Origin: Bacilli bacterium
Lineage (GTDB): Bacteria > Bacillota_I > Bacilli_A > RF39 > UBA660
Direction: 5' to 3'
Assembly: GCA_031549195.1 (NCBI GenBank)
Contig: JAVBQF010000001.1
Coordinates: 103,218 to 167,217, forward strand
DNA: 64,000 nt
A model generated the notes under the pieces. That model was not told the DNA's origin and searched no databases. It worked only from the letters and a program-made list of their open reading frames with translations. The translations under genes and the position numbers were made by a program. Positions 1 to 10,364 of the stretch are shown here, one piece after another (the first letter of the stretch is position 1; every line of letters begins with the position of its first letter).

Positions 1-2
1 CG

Positions 3-239
3 TTTCCGCTTTATGTTAGAACAAGAAAACTAGGGGATAGAATGCTTCTTAAAAAGATAGAAGGCTATAAAAAAATAAAAGACATTTTTATTGATTGTAA
101 GGTTCCTTTAAATGAAAGGGATAAATGGCCAATAGTAGTTGATTCAAATGATAGAATAATTTGGATTCCAGGATTAAAAAAATCTAAATTTACTAAGCTA
201 AAAAGTGAAATTTATGATATAATATTAAGATATGATTAA
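3..239 (+). CDS. tilS: tRNA(Ile)-lysidine synthase, C-terminal fragment (5' end outside window)
   Basis: Frame is open from the window edge. FPLYVRTRKLGDRMLLKKIEGYKKIKDIFIDCKVPLNERDKWPIVVDS..IIWIPG matches the conserved TilS C-terminal domain. Lies directly upstream of ftsH. Confidence 0.8.
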   Translation, partial: FPLYVRTRKLGDRMLLKKIEGYKKIKDIFIDCKVPLNERDKWPIVVDSNDRIIWIPGLKKSKFTKLKSEIYDIILRYD

Positions 240-252
240 CAAGGAGGAATTT

Positions 253-2211
253 ATGAACAAAAAAGATATTAAAAGAGGATTATTGCCATATGTAGCATTG
301 CTTCTAGTACTTGCTGGAGTATACTATTTTATGACGACTAATAATAATAAAGTTAATGATTTAACATATGATGAATTTATACAAGAGATAGCAAAGGGAA
401 ATGTAGAGGAGATTGAAATAGTACCACATGCTTCAGCATCTGTATATGAAATTACTGGTAAGTTGGATGGATATAACAAAGACGAAACATTCTTTGTAAG
501 AGTTCCTTATTCTGACGCTATAATGAGTAAGATTTTAGCATCAAATAATGAATTAGACTATACCTTTAAAACATATAAAGATCCAGGTGCTAGTTCAGTG
601 TTATATTTATTAGTTAATGTCGTTCCATATGTATTATTACTTGCAGGAGTGTTTTGGTTTGTTTCAAGACAAATGAATAGTGCTGGAAAATCTATGGACT
701 TTGGTAGAAGTAGAGCAAGACTTAGTGATGAAAAAAACAAGACAACATTTAAAGAAGTTGCAGGATTAAAAGAGGAAAAGGAAGAAGTGAAAGAACTAAT
801 CGATTTCTTAAAAAATCCTAAGAAGTTTCAAAAACTTGGAGCTAGAATACCTAAGGGTGTTTTGTTAGTTGGACCTCCAGGTACAGGTAAAACGCTATTA
901 GCTAGAGCGGTAGCAGGAGAAGCAAACGTTCCATTTTATTATATAAGTGGATCGGATTTCGTAGAATTATTTGTAGGTGTAGGTGCGTCACGTGTTAGGG
1001 ATATGTTTAAACAAGCAAAACATAATGCACCATGCTTAATATTTATTGACGAAATAGATGCAGTAGGTAGGCAAAGAGGAACTGGACTTGGTGGAGGGCA
1101 TGATGAACGTGAACAAACACTAAACCAATTACTTACTGAGATGGATGGATTTGGTGCTAATGAAGGGATAATAATAATTGCTGCAACAAATAGAGCAGAC
1201 GTATTAGATCCAGCATTACTTAGACCTGGAAGATTTGATAGACAAGTGACCGTTAATTTACCTGATAGAGCAGGAAGAGAAGAGATATTAGAGGTACATG
1301 CAAGAAATAAAATTCTTGGTAAAAATGTTACTTTATCAAATATAGCAAAAAGAACTCCGGGATTTAGCGGAGCAGATCTTGAAAACTTGCTTAATGAAGC
1401 AGCATTACTTGCTGTTAGACGTAATAAAGAATTTATTACAATGAGCGAAGTAGATGAGGCAACCGATCGTGTAATGGCTGGTCCTGCTAAGAAGAGTAGG
1501 AAATACTCAGACCACGAAAAGAAAGTGGTAGCGTTCCATGAAGCAGGTCACGCTGTTGTTGGTATTAAATTAGAAGGTGCTTATGATGTTCATAAGATTA
1601 CAGTAATACCACGTGGTGAAATGGGTGGATACAATCTGATGCTTCCAAGGGAAGAACACCATTTAGAAACAAAGCAAGAATTAGAAGAGCATATTATTGG
1701 ACTTCTTGCTGGACGTGTTGCAGAGGAAATTACATTTAAAGAAGTAACAACAGGAGCATATGGTGACTTTAGAAAAGCAACAAAAATTGCTAGAGCAATG
1801 GTAACTGAATATGGTATGAGTGACTTAGGTCCAGTTCAACTTGAGCATCAAGATGAAGGTGTATTTTTAGGAAGAGACTATACAAAGTCTAGAAATTTCT
1901 CTGATGCAGTTGCACATGAAATAGACGAAGAAATAAGAAAGATTGTTAACAATTGTTATGATAAAGCTAGAAAGCTTATTAATGATAATAAAGACTTATT
2001 AAAACTCATTGCAGACAGCTTAATTGAGCATGAAACCTTAACAAAAGAGCAAATTGATTATCTAGTTAAGCATAAGGTTATGCCAACAGAAGAAAATATA
2101 AAAGATTTATCTGTTAGCGAGTTAAAAGAAAGAGCAAAAGATAGAGGTATTAAAGGATATACAAAAATGTCTAAAGAAGAACTTGTAAAAGAGTTGGAAA
2201 AAGACGAATAA
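253..2211 (+). CDS. ftsH: ATP-dependent zinc metalloprotease FtsH, with an extra C-terminal helix-extended-helix-like tail
   Basis: SD AAGGAGG 241-247, ATG 253. Two N-terminal TM segments, Walker A GPPGTGKT, Walker B LIFIDEID, zinc site HEAGHA. Confidence 0.97.
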   Translation: MNKKDIKRGLLPYVALLLVLAGVYYFMTTNNNKVNDLTYDEFIQEIAKGNVEEIEIVPHASASVYEITGKLDGYNKDETFFVRVPYSDAIMSKILASNNELDYTFKTYKDPGASSVLYLLVNVVPYVLLLAGVFWFVSRQMNSAGKSMDFGRSRARLSDEKNKTTFKEVAGLKEEKEEVKELIDFLKNPKKFQKLGARIPKGVLLVGPPGTGKTLLARAVAGEANVPFYYISGSDFVELFVGVGASRVRDMFKQAKHNAPCLIFIDEIDAVGRQRGTGLGGGHDEREQTLNQLLTEMDGFGANEGIIIIAATNRADVLDPALLRPGRFDRQVTVNLPDRAGREEILEVHARNKILGKNVTLSNIAKRTPGFSGADLENLLNEAALLAVRRNKEFITMSEVDEATDRVMAGPAKKSRKYSDHEKKVVAFHEAGHAVVGIKLEGAYDVHKITVIPRGEMGGYNLMLPREEHHLETKQELEEHIIGLLAGRVAEEITFKEVTTGAYGDFRKATKIARAMVTEYGMSDLGPVQLEHQDEGVFLGRDYTKSRNFSDAVAHEIDEEIRKIVNNCYDKARKLINDNKDLLKLIADSLIEHETLTKEQIDYLVKHKVMPTEENIKDLSVSELKERAKDRGIKGYTKMSKEELVKELEKDE

Positions 2212-2214
2212 TTT

Positions 2215-2246
2215 AAAGCTGTGAATTTCACAGCTTTTCTTTTTAA
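2215..2246 (+). terminator. Rho-independent terminator after ftsH
   Basis: 10-bp perfect stem AAAGCTGTGA / TCACAGCTTT (2215-2224 / 2228-2237), 3-nt loop, T-rich tail. Confidence 0.8.
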
Positions 2247-2291
2247 ATTTGCATTTTTTATGATAATATATTAGTATAAGAAGGTGATTCT

Positions 2292-3347
2292 ATGAAAAAT
2301 AAAAATTGGAATGTTTGGATAATTTTTATCTTAATTTTGATTGCAGTTATGCTTTTCTTTATCTTGTTTCCAAAAGATGACAAGAAATTGGAAAGAAATG
2401 AAGAAAAACATGAAGAAACACCTATTGAAAAAGCAAATATATCAGTTGTTGCTTATGAATATGGAGATAATGAAGACGAGCTTGGCTATTTGTATGCTAT
2501 AGACGATAATGGAGAAAATACAACGATTGCCAGATATAGCAAAATCGGATACAAAAATTATGATGTAATAGATAATAAACTTTATTATATAGGAGAAGAA
2601 AGCATTTTATATGAGATTGATTTAAATAGTAACACATATTCTTCAAAAGAATTGTTTAAGGTTAATCAAGATAAATTTTTGGACTTAGAAGCAACTAATG
2701 GCTATGTTTATGTAGCTGGAATAAATGATATATATCGATATGAATTAAAGACCAAGAATAAAAAGGAAATAACTACAGACTTAGGTAATAAGTTTTATGT
2801 AACAAAAGATAATAAATATTTATTCTATACCAAGGATTCGAATATAGCTCTTTATCGAGTGGACTTATCCTCAAATAATGAATATAGAGTATTAGATGAT
2901 GCTAGAATTTTGTATGCAAATGATGAAAAATTGTACTTGGAAAGTGGTTTTGATACTATAAAATATTACATTTATGACATAAAAACAGATGAGTTGAAAG
3001 AATATGGTATTAATTTAGATAAAGCATTTGAGTACAATAACAAAATAGTTTATTTTGAAGATAAAATAATTAAAGAGTTGAGTTATGATGGTTTGAAAAA
3101 TAATATATATGATTTTAAAAACCAAATAGATGGTATAGCAAATATATTACCATTAGGAGGCAAACTACTTATAGTAGCAAAAGTAAATACTAGATTAGAA
3201 GATGAGGGAAAAATTAAAGTACCTGTTCATGATATGAAAAGCTTTATATTGGATATAAAGACAAAAAAGTTAACTGAATTAATTTTTGATTATGGCTTTT
3301 TAGACGATACTTTAAAAGAATATGTTATTGTAAATACCGAATTTTAA
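2292..3347 (+). CDS. Membrane-anchored repeat protein, probably a beta-propeller (DUF5050/TolB-like blades)
   Basis: N-terminal TM (WNVWIIFILILIAVMLFFILF). Then about 5-6 repeats of roughly 45 aa, each with ..LYY/VYV...IYRYEL/LYRVDL/IYDIK.. blade-like signatures. Confidence 0.45.
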   Translation: MKNKNWNVWIIFILILIAVMLFFILFPKDDKKLERNEEKHEETPIEKANISVVAYEYGDNEDELGYLYAIDDNGENTTIARYSKIGYKNYDVIDNKLYYIGEESILYEIDLNSNTYSSKELFKVNQDKFLDLEATNGYVYVAGINDIYRYELKTKNKKEITTDLGNKFYVTKDNKYLFYTKDSNIALYRVDLSSNNEYRVLDDARILYANDEKLYLESGFDTIKYYIYDIKTDELKEYGINLDKAFEYNNKIVYFEDKIIKELSYDGLKNNIYDFKNQIDGIANILPLGGKLLIVAKVNTRLEDEGKIKVPVHDMKSFILDIKTKKLTELIFDYGFLDDTLKEYVIVNTEF

Positions 3348-3425
3348 AACCTTAATAATAACAGAACATAAAATAAAAGAATGGAAATAAAATTCCAATA
3401 TAATATTTATAGAGGGGTGAAATTA

Positions 3426-3962
3426 ATGTTTATACTTTCACAAATTTTTGTAATTTTTGCGTTGATTGCTTTTGTTTTTTCAATGTTAAGTAAGCAAAAG
3501 GAAAATATTTTATATTATAGAATACCTTTTATTGTTTTATACGCAATAAGTTTTGCCTTACAGGGTTTATGGGTTGCGTTTGCTACTATACTTTTTAGTG
3601 TTGTTAGTACCATAGTCTTTTATAGATTTGAAAGAAAAGGTGAAAAGCCTAATTTTTGTATTTTAATGATGTTTTTATTCATATTATTACTAATAAATTA
3701 TTTATCATGGGGCGGAATATTGGATTTATTGCCAACGGGAACGTCGTTATTACTTATGTGGACTTTTTGGCAAAATAATGCAAAAGTATTAAGAATTATG
3801 GTGTTGATTGCATCAACAAGCATGATTATTTATAACATATTGGTATTAAACTACATGGGCATTATAGTAGAATTTTTTATACAAATATTACAAATTATCG
3901 CATTTGTTAGATATGATATTTTAAAAAAGGAAAGTTTAATAAAAAATCCTCATAAAAAATAA
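3426..3962 (+). CDS. YgjV-family inner membrane protein
   Basis: SD GAGGGGTGA, then ATG 3426 (internal to the track ORF from 3381). About 6 TM segments. Pattern similarity to E. coli YgjV: LSQIFVIFALIAF, DLLPTGTSLL, IIYNILVLNYMGII. Confidence 0.5.
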   Translation: MFILSQIFVIFALIAFVFSMLSKQKENILYYRIPFIVLYAISFALQGLWVAFATILFSVVSTIVFYRFERKGEKPNFCILMMFLFILLLINYLSWGGILDLLPTGTSLLLMWTFWQNNAKVLRIMVLIASTSMIIYNILVLNYMGIIVEFFIQILQIIAFVRYDILKKESLIKNPHKK

Positions 3963-4065
3963 AATAATATATTTTTTATTAATTGATAACATCATAGAAG
4001 CAAGTAGTTGTTATGGCTACTCGTTTTTTTTATTATATGTTATAATAGCTTTATTTGGAGGCGTT

Positions 4066-5049
4066 ATGTGGAAAATAGGTAGTATAGAAATAAAAAATCA
4101 AATTGTTTTAGCGCCTATGGCCGGCATTTGTAACTCTAGTTTTAGAAGAATTATAAAGGAAATGGGTTGTGGGTTAATATATGCTGAAATGGTTTCGGAT
4201 AAAGCTATATTTTATAAAAATGATAAGACAATAGAAATGTTACAAATGAATGATATTGAAAGACCTATTGTTCAACAAATATTCGGAAGTGATAAAGATT
4301 CTTTTGTAATTGCAGCACAATATATTTATGAAAATATGAAGCCAGATATCATAGATATTAATATGGGATGTCCTGTTCCGAAGGTTGCAGTTAGAGCACA
4401 AGCGGGATCAGCATTACTAAAAAACCCAGAAAAAATAAGAGAGATAGTAAGTTCTGTTGCTAAAGCAGTTCCTATACCGGTTACTGTTAAAATAAGAAGT
4501 GGTTGGGATCAAAATAGCATTAATGCTGTAGAAGTAGCTAAAATCTGTGAGGAATCAGGAGCGAGTGCAATCACAGTACATCCAAGGACTAGAGCACAAG
4601 GGTATGCAGGCAAAGCAGATTGGAGTATCATTAGAGAAGTAAAAGAAGCGGTATCTATTCCAGTTATTGGAAATGGTGATATCATTGATATTTACAGTGC
4701 TAAAAAGATGTTAGAGGAAACAAGATGTGATGCAATAATGATAGGAAGAGCGGTTCTTGGAAATCCTTGGATAGTAAAACAAATAGATGAATATATTAAT
4801 AATAACAAGGTAATTGATTGCCCAACTGATATAGAAAAAATAGACATGTGTTTGAAACATATAAAATATTTAGAAGAAATAAAGCCAGAAAAAGTAATTG
4901 TTCTTGAAATAAGAAATCATATTGCATGGTACATAAAAGGTATGAAAAACGCGAATGAAATTAAAAATAAAATATATCTAACAAAGAAGATTAATGATAT
5001 AATTGATATATTAACTGAATATAAGAGAGATTTGAAAGGGATGAATTAA
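4066..5049 (+). CDS. dusB: tRNA-dihydrouridine synthase
   Basis: SD GGAGG 4056-4060. LAPMAGICNSSFR, DINMGCP, HPRTR and GNGDI motifs of the Dus family. Confidence 0.93.
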   Translation: MWKIGSIEIKNQIVLAPMAGICNSSFRRIIKEMGCGLIYAEMVSDKAIFYKNDKTIEMLQMNDIERPIVQQIFGSDKDSFVIAAQYIYENMKPDIIDINMGCPVPKVAVRAQAGSALLKNPEKIREIVSSVAKAVPIPVTVKIRSGWDQNSINAVEVAKICEESGASAITVHPRTRAQGYAGKADWSIIREVKEAVSIPVIGNGDIIDIYSAKKMLEETRCDAIMIGRAVLGNPWIVKQIDEYINNNKVIDCPTDIEKIDMCLKHIKYLEEIKPEKVIVLEIRNHIAWYIKGMKNANEIKNKIYLTKKINDIIDILTEYKRDLKGMN

Positions 5050-5771
5050 TGAAAGCATATACAACGCAAAGATTATGTGCAATAATAATAGACATATTTT
5101 TACTAATGTTATTTTCTTATTTAGTAAATGCGCTAATACCATATAATAATACATATAAAAGTGCATTAGATGAAAATAATAGCCTAGCTGAGAAATATAT
5201 AAATAAGGAAATAAACGAAGAACAATATCTTGATAAAATGATTGATAATCAATATACTATGTCTAAAAATAGCATAGTTAATGAATTAGCTGGAGTTGTT
5301 CTTTATGTAGCGTATTTTGTTGCATTTCAGCAGATGAATAATGGGCAAACACCAGGCAAAAAACTAATGAAGATTAGAGTTAAAAAGAAAGATAATAGTG
5401 AATTAACCTATTCTGATCTAATAAAACGCGAATTTTTAATTCATGGAATGGCAGTAAGTATAATTATTTCCATCCTACTTTTAACGGTTGGAAAACCCTC
5501 TTTTGCATATTATTATTATCCAATAGTAGGCTTAAACTTATTGATATTTGTACTATCATCATTTATGATAGTATTCAAAAAAGATGGAAGAGGACTACAT
5601 GATTTATTTGCTAATACAGAAGTGGTTACTTTAGAAAACAATGAAAATAAAAATAAAGAAGAAATTATTGATGCAGAAATAATTGAAGAAAGAAGTGATA
5701 AAGATGAGAGAATTAACAGAACAAGAACAAGTAAGAAGAGAGAAAGTAAAAGAGATAGCAAAACATTGTAA
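5049..5771 (+). CDS. RDD-family membrane protein with a Lys/Arg/Glu-rich C-terminal tail
   Basis: ATG shares its A with the dusB TAA stop. TM segments flank a GRGLHDLFANT (RDD-type) motif. The tail overlaps the lysS start. Confidence 0.6.
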   Translation: MKAYTTQRLCAIIIDIFLLMLFSYLVNALIPYNNTYKSALDENNSLAEKYINKEINEEQYLDKMIDNQYTMSKNSIVNELAGVVLYVAYFVAFQQMNNGQTPGKKLMKIRVKKKDNSELTYSDLIKREFLIHGMAVSIIISILLLTVGKPSFAYYYYPIVGLNLLIFVLSSFMIVFKKDGRGLHDLFANTEVVTLENNENKNKEEIIDAEIIEERSDKDERINRTRTSKKRESKRDSKTL

Positions 5772-7179
5772 TCCATATCCAGAAAGATTTGAGATTAATT
5801 ATGAACTTAAGGATGTTAAATATTTAGAAGATGGGACATCTAATATAAAAGTTGCAGGGCGCATTGTTTTAATGCGTAAAATGGGTAAGCTAAGTTTCTT
5901 AACTATCAGAGATGTTGAAGGTTCTATTCAAATATCAATTAAAGTAGATTTGATTGGTGAAGAGCAATATGAATTTTTCAAGGACAGTTTTGATATAGGA
6001 GATTACATCGGAGTAGAAGGAGAAATGTTTACTACTCATACTGGTGAAAAGACTGTAAGAGCAGATAAGTTTGTGTTTCTTGGGAAAGCATTAAAACCAC
6101 TTCCTGAGAAGTTTCATGGATTGACTGATGCTGAAGCTTGTTATAGAAATAGATATGTTGATTTAATAATGAATGAGGATACAAGAAAAAGATTCACATT
6201 GAAGTATAACTTTATAAAAGAATTAAGAAGATTTTTAGAGGACAATAACTATATTGAAATAGAAACACCAGTTTTGTCTAATAAAGCATCAGGTGCATTA
6301 GCAAAACCTTTTACAGCACATCATAATGCATTGGATATAGATGTATATTTAAGGATAGCTCCTGAAACATATTTGAAAAGGGCAGTTGTTGGTGGATTTA
6401 ATAAGGTATTTGAATTTGCAAGATGTTTTCGAAATGAAGGAATGGACGCTACACACTTACAAGATTTTACTATGATTGAAGGATATTGTAGTTTCTATAA
6501 CTACAAAGATAATATGAAGTTTTTGCAAACAATGCTTAAGACAGTAATTGAAAAAGTGTTTGGAACGTTAGTAATAGATATTAATGGACATGAAGTTGAC
6601 TTATCAAAAGAATGGGGAACGGTGTCATTTAGAGAATTATTAATAAAATATGTAGATATAGATATTAATATATTTAATACGAAAGAGAAATTACTTGCAG
6701 AAGTATTAAGAAGAAATATAGAACTTGAGACTGACGCTGATATTAACTCTTTAGGATTTGGTAATTTAGTAGATGTACTTTATAAAAAAGTAGCGCGCCC
6801 AAAGATGGTTGAACCAGTATATCTTGTAGATCATCCACTTGAATTATCTCCACTTGCTAGAGCAAATGATGATAACCCTTCTATAACAGATAGATTTCAA
6901 TTAGTTATAAATGGAGCAGAAATAATAAATGGTTATTCAGAGCTAGTAGATCCTATTGAGCAATTAAGAAGGCTTGAAGAGCAAGCAAAATTAAATGCTT
7001 TAGGAGATGAAGATGCTATGGTTATGGATCATGAATACATAGAAGCGATGGAATATGGAATGCCACCTATCTCAGGATGGGGAATGGGAATTGATAGAGT
7101 AATGCAAGTATTGACTGGAGTTCCTAATATTAAGGACAATGTATTATTTCCGTTAATGAGACCGCTTAATGATGATTAG
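5704..7179 (+). CDS. lysS: Lysine--tRNA ligase (class II)
   Basis: MRELTEQEQVRREK N-terminus typical of LysS, OB-fold region, class II motifs (FRNEG, GxGxGxDR = GMGIDRV). Alternative upstream ATG at 5683. Confidence 0.96.
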   Translation: MRELTEQEQVRREKVKEIAKHCNPYPERFEINYELKDVKYLEDGTSNIKVAGRIVLMRKMGKLSFLTIRDVEGSIQISIKVDLIGEEQYEFFKDSFDIGDYIGVEGEMFTTHTGEKTVRADKFVFLGKALKPLPEKFHGLTDAEACYRNRYVDLIMNEDTRKRFTLKYNFIKELRRFLEDNNYIEIETPVLSNKASGALAKPFTAHHNALDIDVYLRIAPETYLKRAVVGGFNKVFEFARCFRNEGMDATHLQDFTMIEGYCSFYNYKDNMKFLQTMLKTVIEKVFGTLVIDINGHEVDLSKEWGTVSFRELLIKYVDIDINIFNTKEKLLAEVLRRNIELETDADINSLGFGNLVDVLYKKVARPKMVEPVYLVDHPLELSPLARANDDNPSITDRFQLVINGAEIINGYSELVDPIEQLRRLEEQAKLNALGDEDAMVMDHEYIEAMEYGMPPISGWGMGIDRVMQVLTGVPNIKDNVLFPLMRPLNDD

Positions 7180-7200
7180 AGGATAAATCCTCTTTTTATT
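7178..7200 (+). terminator. Rho-independent terminator after lysS
   Basis: AGAGGA-TAAA-TCCTCT followed by TTTTATTT. Overlaps the stop codon. Confidence 0.7.
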
Positions 7201-7283
7201 TGTGGATTTTTTGTGAAAATTAAGCATATTAGTTGTATTTATTCTTAACTTTAATGTATAATTATCATATAGGAGGGTAAGAA

Positions 7284-8690
7284 ATGAAAAAACACAATTT
7301 ATTTAAGGTAATCACAATCACTATACTAGTTGCATTACTATTAACTTGGATTTTCAAAATAACATATTATAATTCAGGTTTAATTGAAGATGCAAGAGCA
7401 CAAGCTGGTATTTTTGATCTTGTAGGGTACTTATTAGTAGGACTACAAGTATTTAGTAATATACCACTTTATATCTTAACTGTTGGTGGACTTTATGGAG
7501 TTTTACACCAAATTAGTGGATATCGTAATTTACTAGATGAGATTGTAAAGAAATTTAAAGGAAAGGAACATATATTCTTAGTTGTTGTGATGGTGCTATT
7601 TGCACTTATGACTTCAATGGCAGGGCTTTCTTTAGCATTGTTCGTGTTATTTCCACTTGTAATATCATTAATATTATTAATGGGATATAACAAGATGACT
7701 GCAGCAATGACAACTGTTGGTTCAGTAGTAGTCGGACTAATTGGTACTGTCTTCTCTGCATCAGCTATAACAGGAATTAGTAGTTTTATAACAACTGCAG
7801 CTGATTCAGAAGTTTTAACTAAAGTGTTACTATTAGTAATTGGTTTAGTATTACTTGCTTTCAATGTATTAAGTTATGCAAAAGACCATAAGGATGGTAA
7901 AGATGCAGATAGTAGCTATGTTCCAGTAAGCAAAGACAAAAAAGAAGGGAAACTGCCACTTATAATTGTTATGGACTTAGTTATCCTAATAATGGTTCTT
8001 GCATTTATATCTTGGGAAGGAGTATTTAAAGTAACTTTATTTAAGGATGCTTTAGAATCAATTACAACTTTCAAAGTATTTAAATTTGAATTATTTGGGA
8101 AACTGTTAGGAGATGCAACTAGTATACCTGCATTTGGTTCTTGGACTTTAATCCAATTAACAACTCTTGTTATATTAGCAAGTGGATTAATAGCATTCCT
8201 TTACAGAGTAAAATTTAATGATTACCTAAAAGCATTCATGGATGGTGCTAAAAGAGCACTTAAACCTGCAGTGTTAGTTATGTTAATATACATGGTATTA
8301 GTTATTACTGTATACCATCCAGTAGTATTAACTTTACTAAAACCAGTAATTGAACTTACTAAAGGTTTGAATGTTCTTACAATGAGCCTTGTATCGTTAG
8401 TAACAAGTATCTTTAGTGTAGAATTCCGTTTTGCAGTAAGCTCAGATGTGCATGTATTCCCATATGTTGCAACACTATTTACTGCTGCTAAAGACATACC
8501 TGTATTAGCAATAATATGGCAAGCCATGTATGGATTTGCAATGCTATTCGCACCTACAAGTGTAATTTTAATGGCAACTCTTGGATATCTTCATATTCCA
8601 TATTCACAATGGATGAAGACAATATTCAAATTACTAATAGAATTACTAGTAGTATTACTAATTGTATTTGCAGTAATTATGTTTATATAA
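7284..8690 (+). CDS. YfcC/DcuC-like (C4-dicarboxylate anaerobic carrier family) membrane transporter
   Basis: SD AGGAGGG. More than 10 TM segments. C-terminal FAPTSVILMATLGYLHIPYSQWMK resembles E. coli YfcC IYPTSASLMATLGVCRVDFRNWLK. Confidence 0.6.
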   Translation: MKKHNLFKVITITILVALLLTWIFKITYYNSGLIEDARAQAGIFDLVGYLLVGLQVFSNIPLYILTVGGLYGVLHQISGYRNLLDEIVKKFKGKEHIFLVVVMVLFALMTSMAGLSLALFVLFPLVISLILLMGYNKMTAAMTTVGSVVVGLIGTVFSASAITGISSFITTAADSEVLTKVLLLVIGLVLLAFNVLSYAKDHKDGKDADSSYVPVSKDKKEGKLPLIIVMDLVILIMVLAFISWEGVFKVTLFKDALESITTFKVFKFELFGKLLGDATSIPAFGSWTLIQLTTLVILASGLIAFLYRVKFNDYLKAFMDGAKRALKPAVLVMLIYMVLVITVYHPVVLTLLKPVIELTKGLNVLTMSLVSLVTSIFSVEFRFAVSSDVHVFPYVATLFTAAKDIPVLAIIWQAMYGFAMLFAPTSVILMATLGYLHIPYSQWMKTIFKLLIELLVVLLIVFAVIMFI

Positions 8691-8712
8691 GAAGCAGACG
8701 CTTCTTTTTCTT
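8690..8712 (+). terminator. Rho-independent terminator after the transporter gene
   Basis: AGAAGC-AGAC-GCTTCT followed by TTTTC. Confidence 0.65.
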
Positions 8713-8765
8713 TACATAAAAATTAAGCTATGGTAGTATATATCTTAATTTTAGGGAGTGATATT

Positions 8766-10268
8766 TTGACTGCATTAGATAGTTTATTAGACCAAAAGGT
8801 GCTAGATTTTTACATAAATCAAAATGTTGGAACAGAAAACAATCCACAGCAAAGAAATCTGTATTCAAAAGAAGAGTATAAAAGAATTCTTGAACCTGTA
8901 ATAAGAATCATGAAAGAATATCCATATGAAAATTTAGACGAATGGAGAGAAAGACTTTTTCAACAATCAGGCATTGAAGAAAAAGTAAGAAAGTTTATCT
9001 ATGATAGACAGGAATTGCCAGGGACTGTTTTTTGCTATGGTGATCAAAATTATAGCGAAGTAATAGTTGCAGGAAATAGTAGAGAATGTACAATGGATGA
9101 ATCTGGCAATTATGTGCCGGTTTGCATACCGATGACAAATGATTCAGAATTTGATTTGGCATCAGTTACAAAGTTATTTACATCATTGGTTGTATCAAAG
9201 CTAGTAGCAAAAGGCCTAATTGATTTAAATGCTACTATAACGCACTTTGTTCCTGATATGAAAAATTTAAAAAGTGCAACAATCTATGATGTACTTACAT
9301 TTAGGAAAGTTATTAAATCAGGGCCTATAGAGCAGGCAAAATCATTTGAAGAAGCAAGAGAAATGTTGTTTGATTCTTATATTGATGGTAGTTTTGCAGG
9401 AGCTAATGCATACAATGATAGAAATGCGATGGTACTTAAGTATGTGGTAGAGGCGGCAACGGGGATGCCTTTTGAGCATGTGGTTGAAGAACTTATTATT
9501 AAACCTCTTGGATTAACTGCAACAATTACCTCAAGTAAGAAAGCATCGGTTGAACTATCTGGTAAAATTGTAAGCAATAACTATTGTTATAGGCTGTTGA
9601 AGGATGGAACAATTACTTTAGATAATAAGGTTCTACACGGAATGCCTTTCGATGAAAAAGCAAGAATTCTTTGTAATGATGGATTATCAGGACATGCCGG
9701 AATATTTTCAAACATTGAGGACTTAACAAAGCTGGCAAGAGAAATAACCTCTGGCACATCACAGCTTGCTAGAATATATGAAATAGGTAAGAATAAAACA
9801 GGAGAAGTGTTTAGCAATCAAGATGGTAAAATTGTTTGGAAACAACATTTGGGGGAATTGAGTTATTCTAAAAACCCTGTTGCAGAAAACAGTGAAGTAC
9901 ATCATGCATTGAGTGGTGTGACAATAGCATCTGCTGGATGGAATTGTACTCAATTGACCGCAGACCCAATTAATGGAATCCATTTTGCAATGGGAGGCAA
10001 TAAACCACATAGTAGATTTGCTCTTATCGCACCAAATCAAAGAGATAAAATGATTCAATATGGAAATGGTAAGAGAACAGTTAAGCTTACTTCTGGACTA
10101 GAGGTTCCAGTCTCAGCATATACAGCTTGGACTAGAGATGAATATGTAAGAGATCCTGCAATAGAACTGGCTATGCAAAACCAATTCTTAAGTGAGTTAC
10201 ATAGTAGTGAGAAAGAATGCTTTAGGAATGGTAGCAAAATAAGAACAATTGGCGAAAGACCATCATAA
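8766..10268 (+). CDS. Cytoplasmic serine hydrolase of the beta-lactamase/transpeptidase-like fold
   Basis: SxxK nucleophile motif (DLASVTKLF) and a later SGHAGIFS (HxG variant of KTG). No signal peptide. Probable TTG start at 8766 after GGGAG; the track start is ATG 8730. Confidence 0.65.
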   Translation: MTALDSLLDQKVLDFYINQNVGTENNPQQRNLYSKEEYKRILEPVIRIMKEYPYENLDEWRERLFQQSGIEEKVRKFIYDRQELPGTVFCYGDQNYSEVIVAGNSRECTMDESGNYVPVCIPMTNDSEFDLASVTKLFTSLVVSKLVAKGLIDLNATITHFVPDMKNLKSATIYDVLTFRKVIKSGPIEQAKSFEEAREMLFDSYIDGSFAGANAYNDRNAMVLKYVVEAATGMPFEHVVEELIIKPLGLTATITSSKKASVELSGKIVSNNYCYRLLKDGTITLDNKVLHGMPFDEKARILCNDGLSGHAGIFSNIEDLTKLAREITSGTSQLARIYEIGKNKTGEVFSNQDGKIVWKQHLGELSYSKNPVAENSEVHHALSGVTIASAGWNCTQLTADPINGIHFAMGGNKPHSRFALIAPNQRDKMIQYGNGKRTVKLTSGLEVPVSAYTAWTRDEYVRDPAIELAMQNQFLSELHSSEKECFRNGSKIRTIGERPS

Positions 10269-10290
10269 GAAGTAAAACTTCTTTTTCTTT
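10267..10290 (+). terminator. Rho-independent terminator
   Basis: AAGAAGT-AAA-ACTTCTT followed by a T-run. Confidence 0.65.
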
Positions 10291-10364
10291 TGTTGTAATT
10301 TATTGATTAGATTCTTAATAAAAGGCACATTATAATCATAGGATTAACAATGAAAGGAGATAAT

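Noticed and set aside
10269-10364. Search for a CtsR operator (tandem GGTCAAA repeats) or CIRCE element upstream of clpC
   Set aside because: Neither motif is present. ctsR and mcsAB are also absent from this locus.
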